From: an uncultured Elusimicrobia bacterium
Lineage (GTDB): Bacteria > Elusimicrobiota > Elusimicrobia > JACQPE01
Direction: 5' to 3'
Assembly (NCBI GenBank): GCA_964357255.1
Contig: CAYHKQ010000004.1
Location: forward strand, 1 to 46,124
Length of the DNA: 46,124 nucleotides
In this document: positions 8,066-15,672 of the stretch, piece by piece
Numbering within the stretch: the first letter of the stretch is position 1
Layout: each line of letters starts with the position of its first letter
Position numbers and translations under genes: made by a program
Notes under the pieces: model-generated
Told to the model about the DNA's origin: nothing
The model's input: the letters and a program-made list of their open reading frames with translations, nothing else
Databases searched by the model: none

Positions 8066-10375
8066 ATGAAAGAAAAAATCAAGCGCGTTCTGGTCGCGGT
8101 TATTATCGCTGGAACGTGGGCCACGATTGCGGCGGCCCGGGACTTCGAGTTCGCGTTCAAACAGGGGGATGCCCAGGTGGTCAAACTCCTGCGCATGGCC
8201 GGGATCGTCTACAAAGACGACTGGAAAATGCTCTGCGAGGAAGACAAAAAAATCCTGCTCCTGGCCATAAACAATGAAGGCCGCCTGACCCCGCTCGGGC
8301 AAAAAATGCTCGAAGAACTCATTAGCGCTCGGCTCGCCAATCCCAACACGCAACCCAAAGAAAAAGTGCAACGCGTCCTCTCGATGGACCTGGCAAGACG
8401 AAGCTGGATGATGGACAAATATTTTCGCAAAGGCGACCCGGGGCCCTCCAATCTCTGGCGACTCTCACAAAACATGTTCGCCGGCGCAACCGCGGCGAAT
8501 CAGTTGGTGAGTTCGGACATGTTCGACTGGATCAAAGGAAGCGAACAGCGTTCAGGCTTGAGCCTATCGATCCCGAGCGGCGCGGACACAGTGCGGCTCT
8601 TGGTAAGCCCGCGCGCGACAATTGCGGCCAGCCGTTATAATATCCATAAAGTCGACGGTTATGAGGCGGCGGCAAGCTCAGTCCTGACCCAGGCCGGCAT
8701 CCCGGATTCCGTTTTAGCGAAACATCAGGCAAAACTTATTCATGCTCTAAAAATATTCAATCTGCTGGTTATCGAGGTCCCAAAAAGTGAGGCGCAAAAC
8801 CTGGGCCTATCGCTTGAAACGAGCGGCCATCATGCCAAACCCGCTTCACAATTTCGCATGACCCTGTCCCGTGTTCCAGCGCGGCCCAACCATCATTGGC
8901 TACGCCGCGCCCCCCCCGCCGACGGATGGGCCCCGGCTTCCTTGGGCGCCGGCCAAGGCTGGTCTATGTTTTCACGCACGGGGGCTCCGGCCGCGTCAAA
9001 TCGCGAATTCTTAAAAACCCGAAGTCAAACCTTCGAGCCGGAGCTTGTGGACAGCGTGCCCATGATTAAACCCAATAAGTTCTATCAAGCCGGGATTCAC
9101 GGCGAAAACGCGATTGCCCTGGTCGTGGACTCCGGATTGGATTTAAATCACCAGGACTTTGCCGGGCGACAAGTCATTGCGAAGGACTTCACGGACGATG
9201 AAGACAATAAAGATTACGTCGGCCACGGCACTCATGTCACCTCCACGGCCCTTGGTTCCGGAGAAGCCTCAAACTCTCAGTACCGTGGCGTGGCTTATGG
9301 CACACAAAAAATTCTCGTCGCTAAAATCTTCGGCAAATCCCCCAATGCGAGCGAAGACTCGATCTTGGCCGGCCTCGACTGGGGAGTAACCCAAGCGAAC
9401 GGAAAAAAAATCGTGGTCAACATGAGCCTTGGCGGTCCGGGGAACCAAAATGACCTCATGTCCCGCGCCGTCAATCTCTTAGCGCATCAAGGCCACGCCG
9501 TGATAGTGGCGGCCGGAAATTCCGGACCGGATAAAGACACTGTGAAAAGCCCGGGGGTAGCCCGCGATGTCTTAACCGTCGCGGCATCGGATAAATCCGG
9601 CCGAATCACGGAGTATTCCTCACGCGGCAATCCCGATGGCTATGACACTCCGGCCTTAAGCGGCGCCTCTTACGCCAAGCCCGATCTCACGGCCCCCGGC
9701 GGCGACGTCAACTACGACGCGGCGGAACGCCTAAGGCGCCTGCTCAATCCCCTATGGGAACCCCTTGATCCGTCGGGGCGAAACCAAAAAAAGGAACATT
9801 GTCTGTATGCCTCTGGAATTATCGCCGCCAAATCCTCGTCCATGGGGGAAAGCTCCTGCGATGTTATCGTAAACGGACGCCGGCTCTACACTAAAATGTC
9901 CGGCACATCCATGGCCACGCCCCATGTGATGGGCGCTAATCTGCTGGTGCTTGATTATCTCGAGCGCCGCAACGCAGTGACGGACAACTCGTTCCTGGAG
10001 TCCAAGGCCGCTCAAATGGAAGCGGCCCAAGCGCTCGCCCACAAAGGGAAGCGCTATAAATCTATTGAGCAGGGAAAGGGACTGCTGCAATTAGACCGGC
10101 TCTATGACCTTGTGAGCGCGCGCCTGGAAGTAGGGTTGCCCATCGGCAATATCTCGGCGGAAATCGCTTCCTGGGTTTCCTCCAATAAAAAATTAACTCA
10201 GACCATTGAAAAATACTCCTCTTACAAAGTCACGCGTTACGGCATTGTGGATCAAAAATCAGGCGACATCATCAATACGGACGCGGAGCTCGATCTTCTG
10301 GTGCGGGCTTCCCGGGAACGCAAGAAGAAAGGTCAAAACTGGGTTGACAAAGCCAAGGAGTGGTTGCATTTGTAA
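8066..10375 (+). CDS. Secreted subtilisin-like serine protease (peptidase S8) with large N- and C-terminal extensions
   Basis: Catalytic triad contexts VVDSGLD (Asp), HGTHVTS (His) and SGTSMATPH (Ser). Hydrophobic N-terminal signal/anchor. GGAGG lies 5 nt upstream of the ATG at 8066; the track start 8063 is TTG. Confidence 0.85.
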   Translation: MKEKIKRVLVAVIIAGTWATIAAARDFEFAFKQGDAQVVKLLRMAGIVYKDDWKMLCEEDKKILLLAINNEGRLTPLGQKMLEELISARLANPNTQPKEKVQRVLSMDLARRSWMMDKYFRKGDPGPSNLWRLSQNMFAGATAANQLVSSDMFDWIKGSEQRSGLSLSIPSGADTVRLLVSPRATIAASRYNIHKVDGYEAAASSVLTQAGIPDSVLAKHQAKLIHALKIFNLLVIEVPKSEAQNLGLSLETSGHHAKPASQFRMTLSRVPARPNHHWLRRAPPADGWAPASLGAGQGWSMFSRTGAPAASNREFLKTRSQTFEPELVDSVPMIKPNKFYQAGIHGENAIALVVDSGLDLNHQDFAGRQVIAKDFTDDEDNKDYVGHGTHVTSTALGSGEASNSQYRGVAYGTQKILVAKIFGKSPNASEDSILAGLDWGVTQANGKKIVVNMSLGGPGNQNDLMSRAVNLLAHQGHAVIVAAGNSGPDKDTVKSPGVARDVLTVAASDKSGRITEYSSRGNPDGYDTPALSGASYAKPDLTAPGGDVNYDAAERLRRLLNPLWEPLDPSGRNQKKEHCLYASGIIAAKSSSMGESSCDVIVNGRRLYTKMSGTSMATPHVMGANLLVLDYLERRNAVTDNSFLESKAAQMEAAQALAHKGKRYKSIEQGKGLLQLDRLYDLVSARLEVGLPIGNISAEIASWVSSNKKLTQTIEKYSSYKVTRYGIVDQKSGDIINTDAELDLLVRASRERKKKGQNWVDKAKEWLHL

Positions 10376-10382
10376 GCTCTAA

Positions 10383-10463
10383 AAAAAACGCGGCTTAAAT
10401 CCGGCCGAGCAGCGTCTCGAGCTTTTGAGTTTCTTTAGAAATAGGAATAGACGTAATCGTTCG
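10383..10463 (-). pseudogene. Relic duplicate of the 3' end of the thioredoxin/TPR gene (11371-12648)
   Basis: 10383-10441 matches 11359-11417 with 2 mismatches by eye. 10441-10463 is identical to 11614-11636. The junction is out of frame, so it is non-coding. Confidence 0.7.
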
Positions 10464-10495
10464 GGAATTCCAGAATTCCCGGAATCTGGAATTCC
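10464..10495. promoter_or_regulatory. Palindromic candidate operator upstream of the zeta-like kinase gene
   Basis: GGAATTCCAGA (10464-10474) and TCTGGAATTCC (10485-10495) form a perfect 11-bp inverted repeat. The spacer is ATTCCCGGAA, and the element lies 24 nt upstream of the ATG at 10519. Confidence 0.45.
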
Positions 10496-10518
10496 TTCCG
10501 GTTTGCTACGATTAGGCC

Positions 10519-11091
10519 ATGCTAAAACTTTATGTCATTGCAGGGTCCAACGGGGCCGGAAAGACTACGTTTGCAAAAAAATTTCTTCCTGATTACGGAC
10601 ATTGCCATGAGTTCATCAACGCCGATCTAATTGCCGCCGGCTTGGCTCCCCTGGAGCCATCGCGGGCCGCCTTTGCGGCGGGACGGATAGTCCTTGAACG
10701 TCTGCATAAGTTGGCCAAACAAAAAGTTGATTTCGGCTTTGAGACAACGCTGTCCGGAAAATCCTATTTTCGATTTTTAAAAAGGCTTAAACGAAATGGC
10801 TATGAAATTTTATTTTTTTACCTTTGGATTCCAAGCCCAATCCTGGCCTTAAAACGCATTCAAGAAAGAGTGGCGCTGGGGGGACACGATGTCCCCAAGC
10901 CTGCCGTGTTGCGCCGGTTCGGCAAGAGCCTTAAAAATCTTTTCGGATTATACTGGAATCTAGCTGACAAAATTCTTCTGCTGGACAATTCATCATTAAA
11001 ACCTAAGCTTGTGGCCATAAAAATCGGCCTGAATTTAAACATTTACAATCAATCTATTTATGAACTTATTTTGCAACAGGGGGAACCGTGA
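10519..11091 (+). CDS. Zeta-toxin-family / COG4185-like P-loop kinase
   Basis: 190 aa with an N-terminal Walker A (IAGSNGAGKTT) followed by FINADLIA, at a size typical of zeta-like kinases. It looks more A+T-rich than its flanks by eye. Confidence 0.75.
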   Translation: MLKLYVIAGSNGAGKTTFAKKFLPDYGHCHEFINADLIAAGLAPLEPSRAAFAAGRIVLERLHKLAKQKVDFGFETTLSGKSYFRFLKRLKRNGYEILFFYLWIPSPILALKRIQERVALGGHDVPKPAVLRRFGKSLKNLFGLYWNLADKILLLDNSSLKPKLVAIKIGLNLNIYNQSIYELILQQGEP

Positions 11092-11249
11092 AAAAAAGAA
11101 AAAAAGTCGTATCCAAGCCGGCCTTGGCCAGAGCGGCCGAACAGGCCATGCAGGAAGCCGTCAACGGCGTGATTGAGGAGTGCAAAAAAAAGAGACTCCC
11201 CCTCGCCGTCTGGGTAAAAGGCAAAATTGCTTTTGTCTCAGGCTCGTGA
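11088..11249 (+). CDS. Small basic protein (53 aa), translationally coupled to the zeta-like kinase; possible cognate partner
   Basis: The GTG at 11088 overlaps the kinase stop (GTGA), and GGGGGA lies just upstream. Hand translation gives VKKRKKVVSKPALARAAEQAMQEAVNGVIEECKKKRLPLAVWVKGKIAFVSGS. It is below the track's size cutoff. Confidence 0.45.
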   Translation: MKKRKKVVSKPALARAAEQAMQEAVNGVIEECKKKRLPLAVWVKGKIAFVSGS

Positions 11250-11370
11250 TGAAATCCGGGTCATATTTACAATCATGAAAGCGGACGCTCCTGAAGGGCT
11301 CCGTGTTCTTTAGGGGAGTCGCTCATGGTGAGATCGTCGAACCATGGCGGCTCACTTTAAAAAACGCGGC

Positions 11371-12648
11371 TTAAATCCGGCCGAGCAACGTCTCGAGCTT
11401 TTGAATTTCTTTAGAAAATCGTTCGCGATTAGCCCTGATTTCACGCTTCAATAACTCCCGCGCCTCATCGGAGCGGCCTAGCCCTGATAAAATCTGAGCC
11501 CTTAAGTGGCTCACGCTGATCAGGTTTACGCCGTAGGCTAAAAGATTGGCCTTCTCAATCCATTTTAAAGCCTGAAAGTTCTCCTGGCGGCCCCAGAGAT
11601 GTTTGGCATAGCGATAGGAATAGACGTAATCGTTCGCATAGGCTTCAATCAGGCGTGGATAGAGCTTATCAAGCTCGTCGTATCGCTTCGCCGTTTCCAA
11701 AAAATAGCGCCAATTGTCCTCGGCATTACGGTCCTTGCCCAAGCCGGCCCTCTTGGAGGCTTTTCCAAAAAACTTAACGGCCCGGTCGAGCGTGTCCTGC
11801 CATTCCTTTTTAAGACCCAAGGCCGAATAGGCATAGAGCAAGGCTTCAATCGGCGATCTTAAATCCGCGCAACGATCCTTCTCGAGGCCGAACACGCGCC
11901 GGTTCACCAAACTTTCGAGCTTCTTGCGCTCCCGAATCTCGAGAGCATGCCGGCGCGTCTCCTCAACATCGGCCTGAAAATCTTGCGCGGCTGATATGTC
12001 ATAGGCCAGTTCACAGCCATCCCCCAAATCCAGCAGGGTCTCCATTGCCTCCGCCGCCTCCTCGACCTTCCCGGCGGCCCTGGCCCATTGAAAATCAACC
12101 CGCGCCCAAATCAACTTAAAATTCAAATCCTTGCCCAAGGCAGGATAAGATCTGAGCATCTCCTCGCGCAATAATCGAGCCTGCTCAATCTTGCCCGCCT
12201 CAAGCATCAAACGCAATTTTTCGACCGGCTTTGGATCAACTTTTTCGAGCAAGGGGAGCAGTTGAGCCAAAAAATCCTCTTCTGTTTGCTCGCCCGCGAT
12301 TCGTCCGAGCTCTTCGCCGGAGCCGTTTAACAAAAGATAGGAGGGTAAAAATTTAACCTTGTATTTTTCCTTAAGTTCATAGCCCTCCCTTTTGTCCACG
12401 TCGAGCTTAAGCAAAATCATGGTCTTGGCCAATTTATGAAAAGCCGCCTGGCTTAAAACCCGATGTTCCATGTAATAGCAGGAATAACACCACGCCGCTT
12501 GAAAATCCGCGAAGATCACGCGCCCCGTCGTGGCCTCATGCCGGGCCGCCTCGAACTTGTCGAACCAAACCAAGTCCTCCTCGGCGCCAAGCTCGCCAAT
12601 GCCGGTAACCACGAACACGACAAACCAAAAAAATCTAAAAAACGGCAT
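11371..12648 (-). CDS. Exported thioredoxin-fold protein (WCYSC redox motif) with helical repeat (TPR-like) C-terminal region
   Basis: Hydrophobic signal MPFFRFFWFVVFVVTGIG. The thioredoxin-like block is FADFQAAWCYSCYYMEHRV...FLPSYLLLNGSGEELGR. The remainder is predicted helical. Confidence 0.72.
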   Translation of the reverse strand: MPFFRFFWFVVFVVTGIGELGAEEDLVWFDKFEAARHEATTGRVIFADFQAAWCYSCYYMEHRVLSQAAFHKLAKTMILLKLDVDKREGYELKEKYKVKFLPSYLLLNGSGEELGRIAGEQTEEDFLAQLLPLLEKVDPKPVEKLRLMLEAGKIEQARLLREEMLRSYPALGKDLNFKLIWARVDFQWARAAGKVEEAAEAMETLLDLGDGCELAYDISAAQDFQADVEETRRHALEIRERKKLESLVNRRVFGLEKDRCADLRSPIEALLYAYSALGLKKEWQDTLDRAVKFFGKASKRAGLGKDRNAEDNWRYFLETAKRYDELDKLYPRLIEAYANDYVYSYRYAKHLWGRQENFQALKWIEKANLLAYGVNLISVSHLRAQILSGLGRSDEARELLKREIRANRERFSKEIQKLETLLGRI

Positions 12649-12793
12649 CTCTTTATTTTAGCGCTTCGCCGGCGCCGGTAATCAAAATAATTAACTTTCG
12701 GCAAGCTCGCCTTCGCCACATTTATCTATGATACGCTGGATGTTTCAACCTGGTATTCGTAATGCCCGTGTCCAAGCGAAGCGAGGAATTCCG

Positions 12794-14062
12794 ATGAGCC
12801 TGGCGCGCTCCGCGCGGTATTTCAACCGGGCCAAATCCATTTTAGTCGGCGGTGTCAACTCCCCGGTGCGCTCCTTCTCAAGCGTAGGCGGCACGCCCCC
12901 CTTTATCGCCCGGGCCAAAGGCCCGTATCTTTGGGATGAGGACGGCAACCGCTATATTGACCTTGTCCAGTCCTGGGGCGCCATGATTTTAGGCCACGGC
13001 CATCCCGAGGTGCTCGAGGCCGCGCGTAACGCGCTTAAAAACGGCACAAGCTACGGCGCCTGTCACAAAAACGAATTCCGCTTAGCCGAACTAATCCGCG
13101 AGGCCTTCCCAAAAACCGCGGAACGCGTGCGCCTGATGAGTTCCGGCACCGAAGCCACTATGACGGCTTTGAGAATCGCAAGGGGCGCCACGGGCAGGGA
13201 TATTGTGATCAAATTCGCCGGCTGTTATCACGGCCACCATGACAGCCTGCTCGCCGCGGCCGGCTCAGGGGTTTTAACTCTGGGAATTCCGTCGAGCCTT
13301 GGAGTGCCCGCGGCCTGGACGCAAAGCACCATCGTCCTGCCCTATAATTCCCCGGCCGCGGTCATCGAGACCTTTGCCCGCTATGGCGGTAAAATCGCGG
13401 CCATCATTGTCGAGCCCGTGGCCTGCAATATGGGACTGGTTCTTCCCAGCGAGAAATTTTTAAAAACCCTCAGAACCGTGACCAGGCGCCACGGCGCAAT
13501 TTTAATTTTCGACGAAGTAATTACCGGATTCCGCTTAAAATGGGGCGGTCTCTCGGACGACTACAACGCCGATCTTGTGTGCCTGGGCAAAATCATCGGC
13601 GGGGGATTCCCCGTGGGCGCCGTCGCCGGCAAAAAAGACCTGATGAACTGCCTGGCTCCCCTGGGTGGCGTCTATCATGCGGGAACGCTTTCCGGAAATC
13701 CTGTGGCCGTCTCGGCCGGCATGGCAACCCTGGGCGTCTTAAAAAAAGAACTGCCTTACGGCGAATTGGACGCGCGGACCAAAAAGCTCGCCGCCCAAAT
13801 TCAAAACAAAAATATCCGCGCGGTTCAGCACGGCAGTCTTCTGACGATTTTTTTCAGCGTAGCGGAAATCACGGACTACGAATCAGCTAAAACCACAAAT
13901 ACTAAACAATTTGCCAAATTCTTCACCAGGCTTCTTAAGGCCGGCGTTTACTGGCCGCCCAGTAATTTTGAGGCTTGCTTTATCTCCGCCGCCCATTCCC
14001 CGTCAACCTTAAAAACAGTGGCCGAAGCGGCCGTGGAAGCCGTGGAGGCGGCATGCCCGTAG
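12794..14062 (+). CDS. hemL: Glutamate-1-semialdehyde 2,1-aminomutase
   Basis: Hallmark N-terminus ...AKSILVGGVNSPVRSF... and a class-III aminotransferase body with the PLP lysine context (CLGKIIGGG). I chose the ATG at 12794 (MSLARSARYF). Confidence 0.92.
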   Translation: MSLARSARYFNRAKSILVGGVNSPVRSFSSVGGTPPFIARAKGPYLWDEDGNRYIDLVQSWGAMILGHGHPEVLEAARNALKNGTSYGACHKNEFRLAELIREAFPKTAERVRLMSSGTEATMTALRIARGATGRDIVIKFAGCYHGHHDSLLAAAGSGVLTLGIPSSLGVPAAWTQSTIVLPYNSPAAVIETFARYGGKIAAIIVEPVACNMGLVLPSEKFLKTLRTVTRRHGAILIFDEVITGFRLKWGGLSDDYNADLVCLGKIIGGGFPVGAVAGKKDLMNCLAPLGGVYHAGTLSGNPVAVSAGMATLGVLKKELPYGELDARTKKLAAQIQNKNIRAVQHGSLLTIFFSVAEITDYESAKTTNTKQFAKFFTRLLKAGVYWPPSNFEACFISAAHSPSTLKTVAEAAVEAVEAACP

Positions 14063-14784
14063 ACCCAGGGCTCTCCAAAATTTTAGCCCTAATTTTCAAA
14101 AACGCCGGATCGGCCCCCCTTAAACGCGAACTCGGCCATTTGGCCGAGGCCATAACGGAGCTAAAACGTCGGAGGTATTCCTTCCAATACAGCAAGCTCG
14201 ACGAAAACGAAGAGTCCGCGCATTTTGACGCGGCCGGCCGCGAAATTTTAGTAGACACAAGCTTAAAGGCCCAAATGCCGGAGTTCCAAGCGGCCGTCCT
14301 GGTCCATGAACTCCAACATGCCTACGATTACTTTCACAACCGGCCCTACGCCTTAGAAAGCGAGGCGCGGGCGTTTAAAGCCGAATGTCTCTACCTGGCC
14401 AGCCTTGACTTAAAGCGAGTGACAGCCAAAATCAAGGACTTCTACGACTATGAATGGCTGGATTATCTCTATGCGGGGCGCCTGGCGTATCTTGAAAGCC
14501 GCGAGGAATTCAACGGCTTTGTGACGAACTATTTTGTCAAATCCCGGCTAGGTCACCGCTTCGAAGGCTTGGAAACCACGGCCAAACTCCTCTTGGACGC
14601 GACATCGGCGCTAGAGCAAAAGGAAAGCCGCCTCTGTGTGTTGCGGCAAACCCACGGCCCCCATCAAGAAGAAAAGCTCGCTATCTTAAAGGCCCAGTCC
14701 CAAACGCTCCAAAAATTGATCCGGCTTTTAGAAACAGAGGATCGCCGCAACCGTTCCTCGCATTTACCGCTCACGGCGCCTTAA
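14053..14784 (+). CDS. Hypothetical HExxH protein (putative zincin-like), no signal peptide
   Basis: The motif VLVHELQHAYDY is the only recognisable feature. The ATG at 14053 overlaps the hemL stop by 10 nt. Confidence 0.55.
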   Translation: MPVDPGLSKILALIFKNAGSAPLKRELGHLAEAITELKRRRYSFQYSKLDENEESAHFDAAGREILVDTSLKAQMPEFQAAVLVHELQHAYDYFHNRPYALESEARAFKAECLYLASLDLKRVTAKIKDFYDYEWLDYLYAGRLAYLESREEFNGFVTNYFVKSRLGHRFEGLETTAKLLLDATSALEQKESRLCVLRQTHGPHQEEKLAILKAQSQTLQKLIRLLETEDRRNRSSHLPLTAP

Positions 14785-15672
14785 ATGCCAGGTTCTTTTC
14801 CGGCCGTCACACCGGCTAGGGCCGGCGTCTGGCCCGTCGGCATCGTCTTCTGGATTCCGGCTTTCGCCGGAATGACGTTTCTAATAATGGGACTTAGTTC
14901 CTGCAGTCTCGGGCCGATGGTGAACAATGTCAACGACATCCCCCGCGACACCGCATTGAGGCCCTCGGGCGCCGCGAGCGAATGGAACGGTCTATATTTT
15001 AAGACCATCTCCAATTCCCCTGTCAGCGCCCAGGTAGGCCAAATCGCGGATCATCTGTATCAAAAAATCCTGGCGGACGCAAAACTGACCCAGGTCATGC
15101 AAAGGGCCGGGCAGACCCAGCTCTATCTTTATCAATCCCGCGCCGAGTACCTTGAAAAATCCAAAATGCCGGCCTGGTCCGACGGAGTTTTCACTCCTCG
15201 AGGAATCATCATTTACCTTCATCCCAAAGTGCCCGAAACCTTGGCCCATGAAATCACGCATCTAATTTTTTGGGAATTCTTCGGCGAAGCGCGCGCCGAA
15301 CTTCTTTGGCTCAACGAGGGACTCGCCATGCACGAAGAGGCCCAGGCCCGGCCCGAACGAACCGCCGACGCTTACAAAAGCGCCCTGCCGGTCTTAAAAG
15401 GACACTATTTGCCATTGGCCAAGCTCACGGGAATCGCCTCGGCCATAAAACACAAAAACCGCGAAGCCCATATTTTTTACGTGGAAAGTTGGCTCCTGGT
15501 TCGTTTTCTCCTAGAGCGCGGAGGCAACGTCGGTTTTTACGAATTTCTCAAAGCCCTCAAAGAGCATGCCCCCCTCGATGAAGCCATCCGCCGCGCCTTT
15601 CCGGGGAAATGGAACAATCTCGACGAACTCGAAATGAGTTTCAGGAACGAATACTCGGCGGTGCTACAGTAG
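14785..15672 (+). CDS. Peptidase MA-like gluzincin (HExxH plus NEGLAxxxE), probably exported/lipoprotein
   Basis: HEITHLIFWEF...WLNEGLAMHEE matches the gluzincin pattern. The start is ambiguous: 14785, or the ATG at 14872 (MTFLIMGLSSC...). Confidence 0.7.
   Translation: MPGSFPAVTPARAGVWPVGIVFWIPAFAGMTFLIMGLSSCSLGPMVNNVNDIPRDTALRPSGAASEWNGLYFKTISNSPVSAQVGQIADHLYQKILADAKLTQVMQRAGQTQLYLYQSRAEYLEKSKMPAWSDGVFTPRGIIIYLHPKVPETLAHEITHLIFWEFFGEARAELLWLNEGLAMHEEAQARPERTADAYKSALPVLKGHYLPLAKLTGIASAIKHKNREAHIFYVESWLLVRFLLERGGNVGFYEFLKALKEHAPLDEAIRRAFPGKWNNLDELEMSFRNEYSAVLQ
14850..14877 (-). repeat. Hairpin repeat (ATTCCGGC-GAAA-GCCGGAAT on the minus strand), same family as 17704-17771
   Basis: The reverse complement CGTCATTCCGGCGAAAGCCGGAATCCAG differs from 17704-17731 at 3 positions. 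Two of those are a compensating base pair. Confidence 0.8.

Noticed and set aside
8066-11091. The S8 protease plus the adjacent P-loop ATPase as an IetAS-like (ATPase plus subtilase) defence pair.
   Set aside because: The S8 protein has an N-terminal signal/anchor and looks secreted. The ATPase is a 190-aa zeta-type kinase, not a large AAA+ protein. The two genes are separated by a pseudogene relic that marks an independent insertion.
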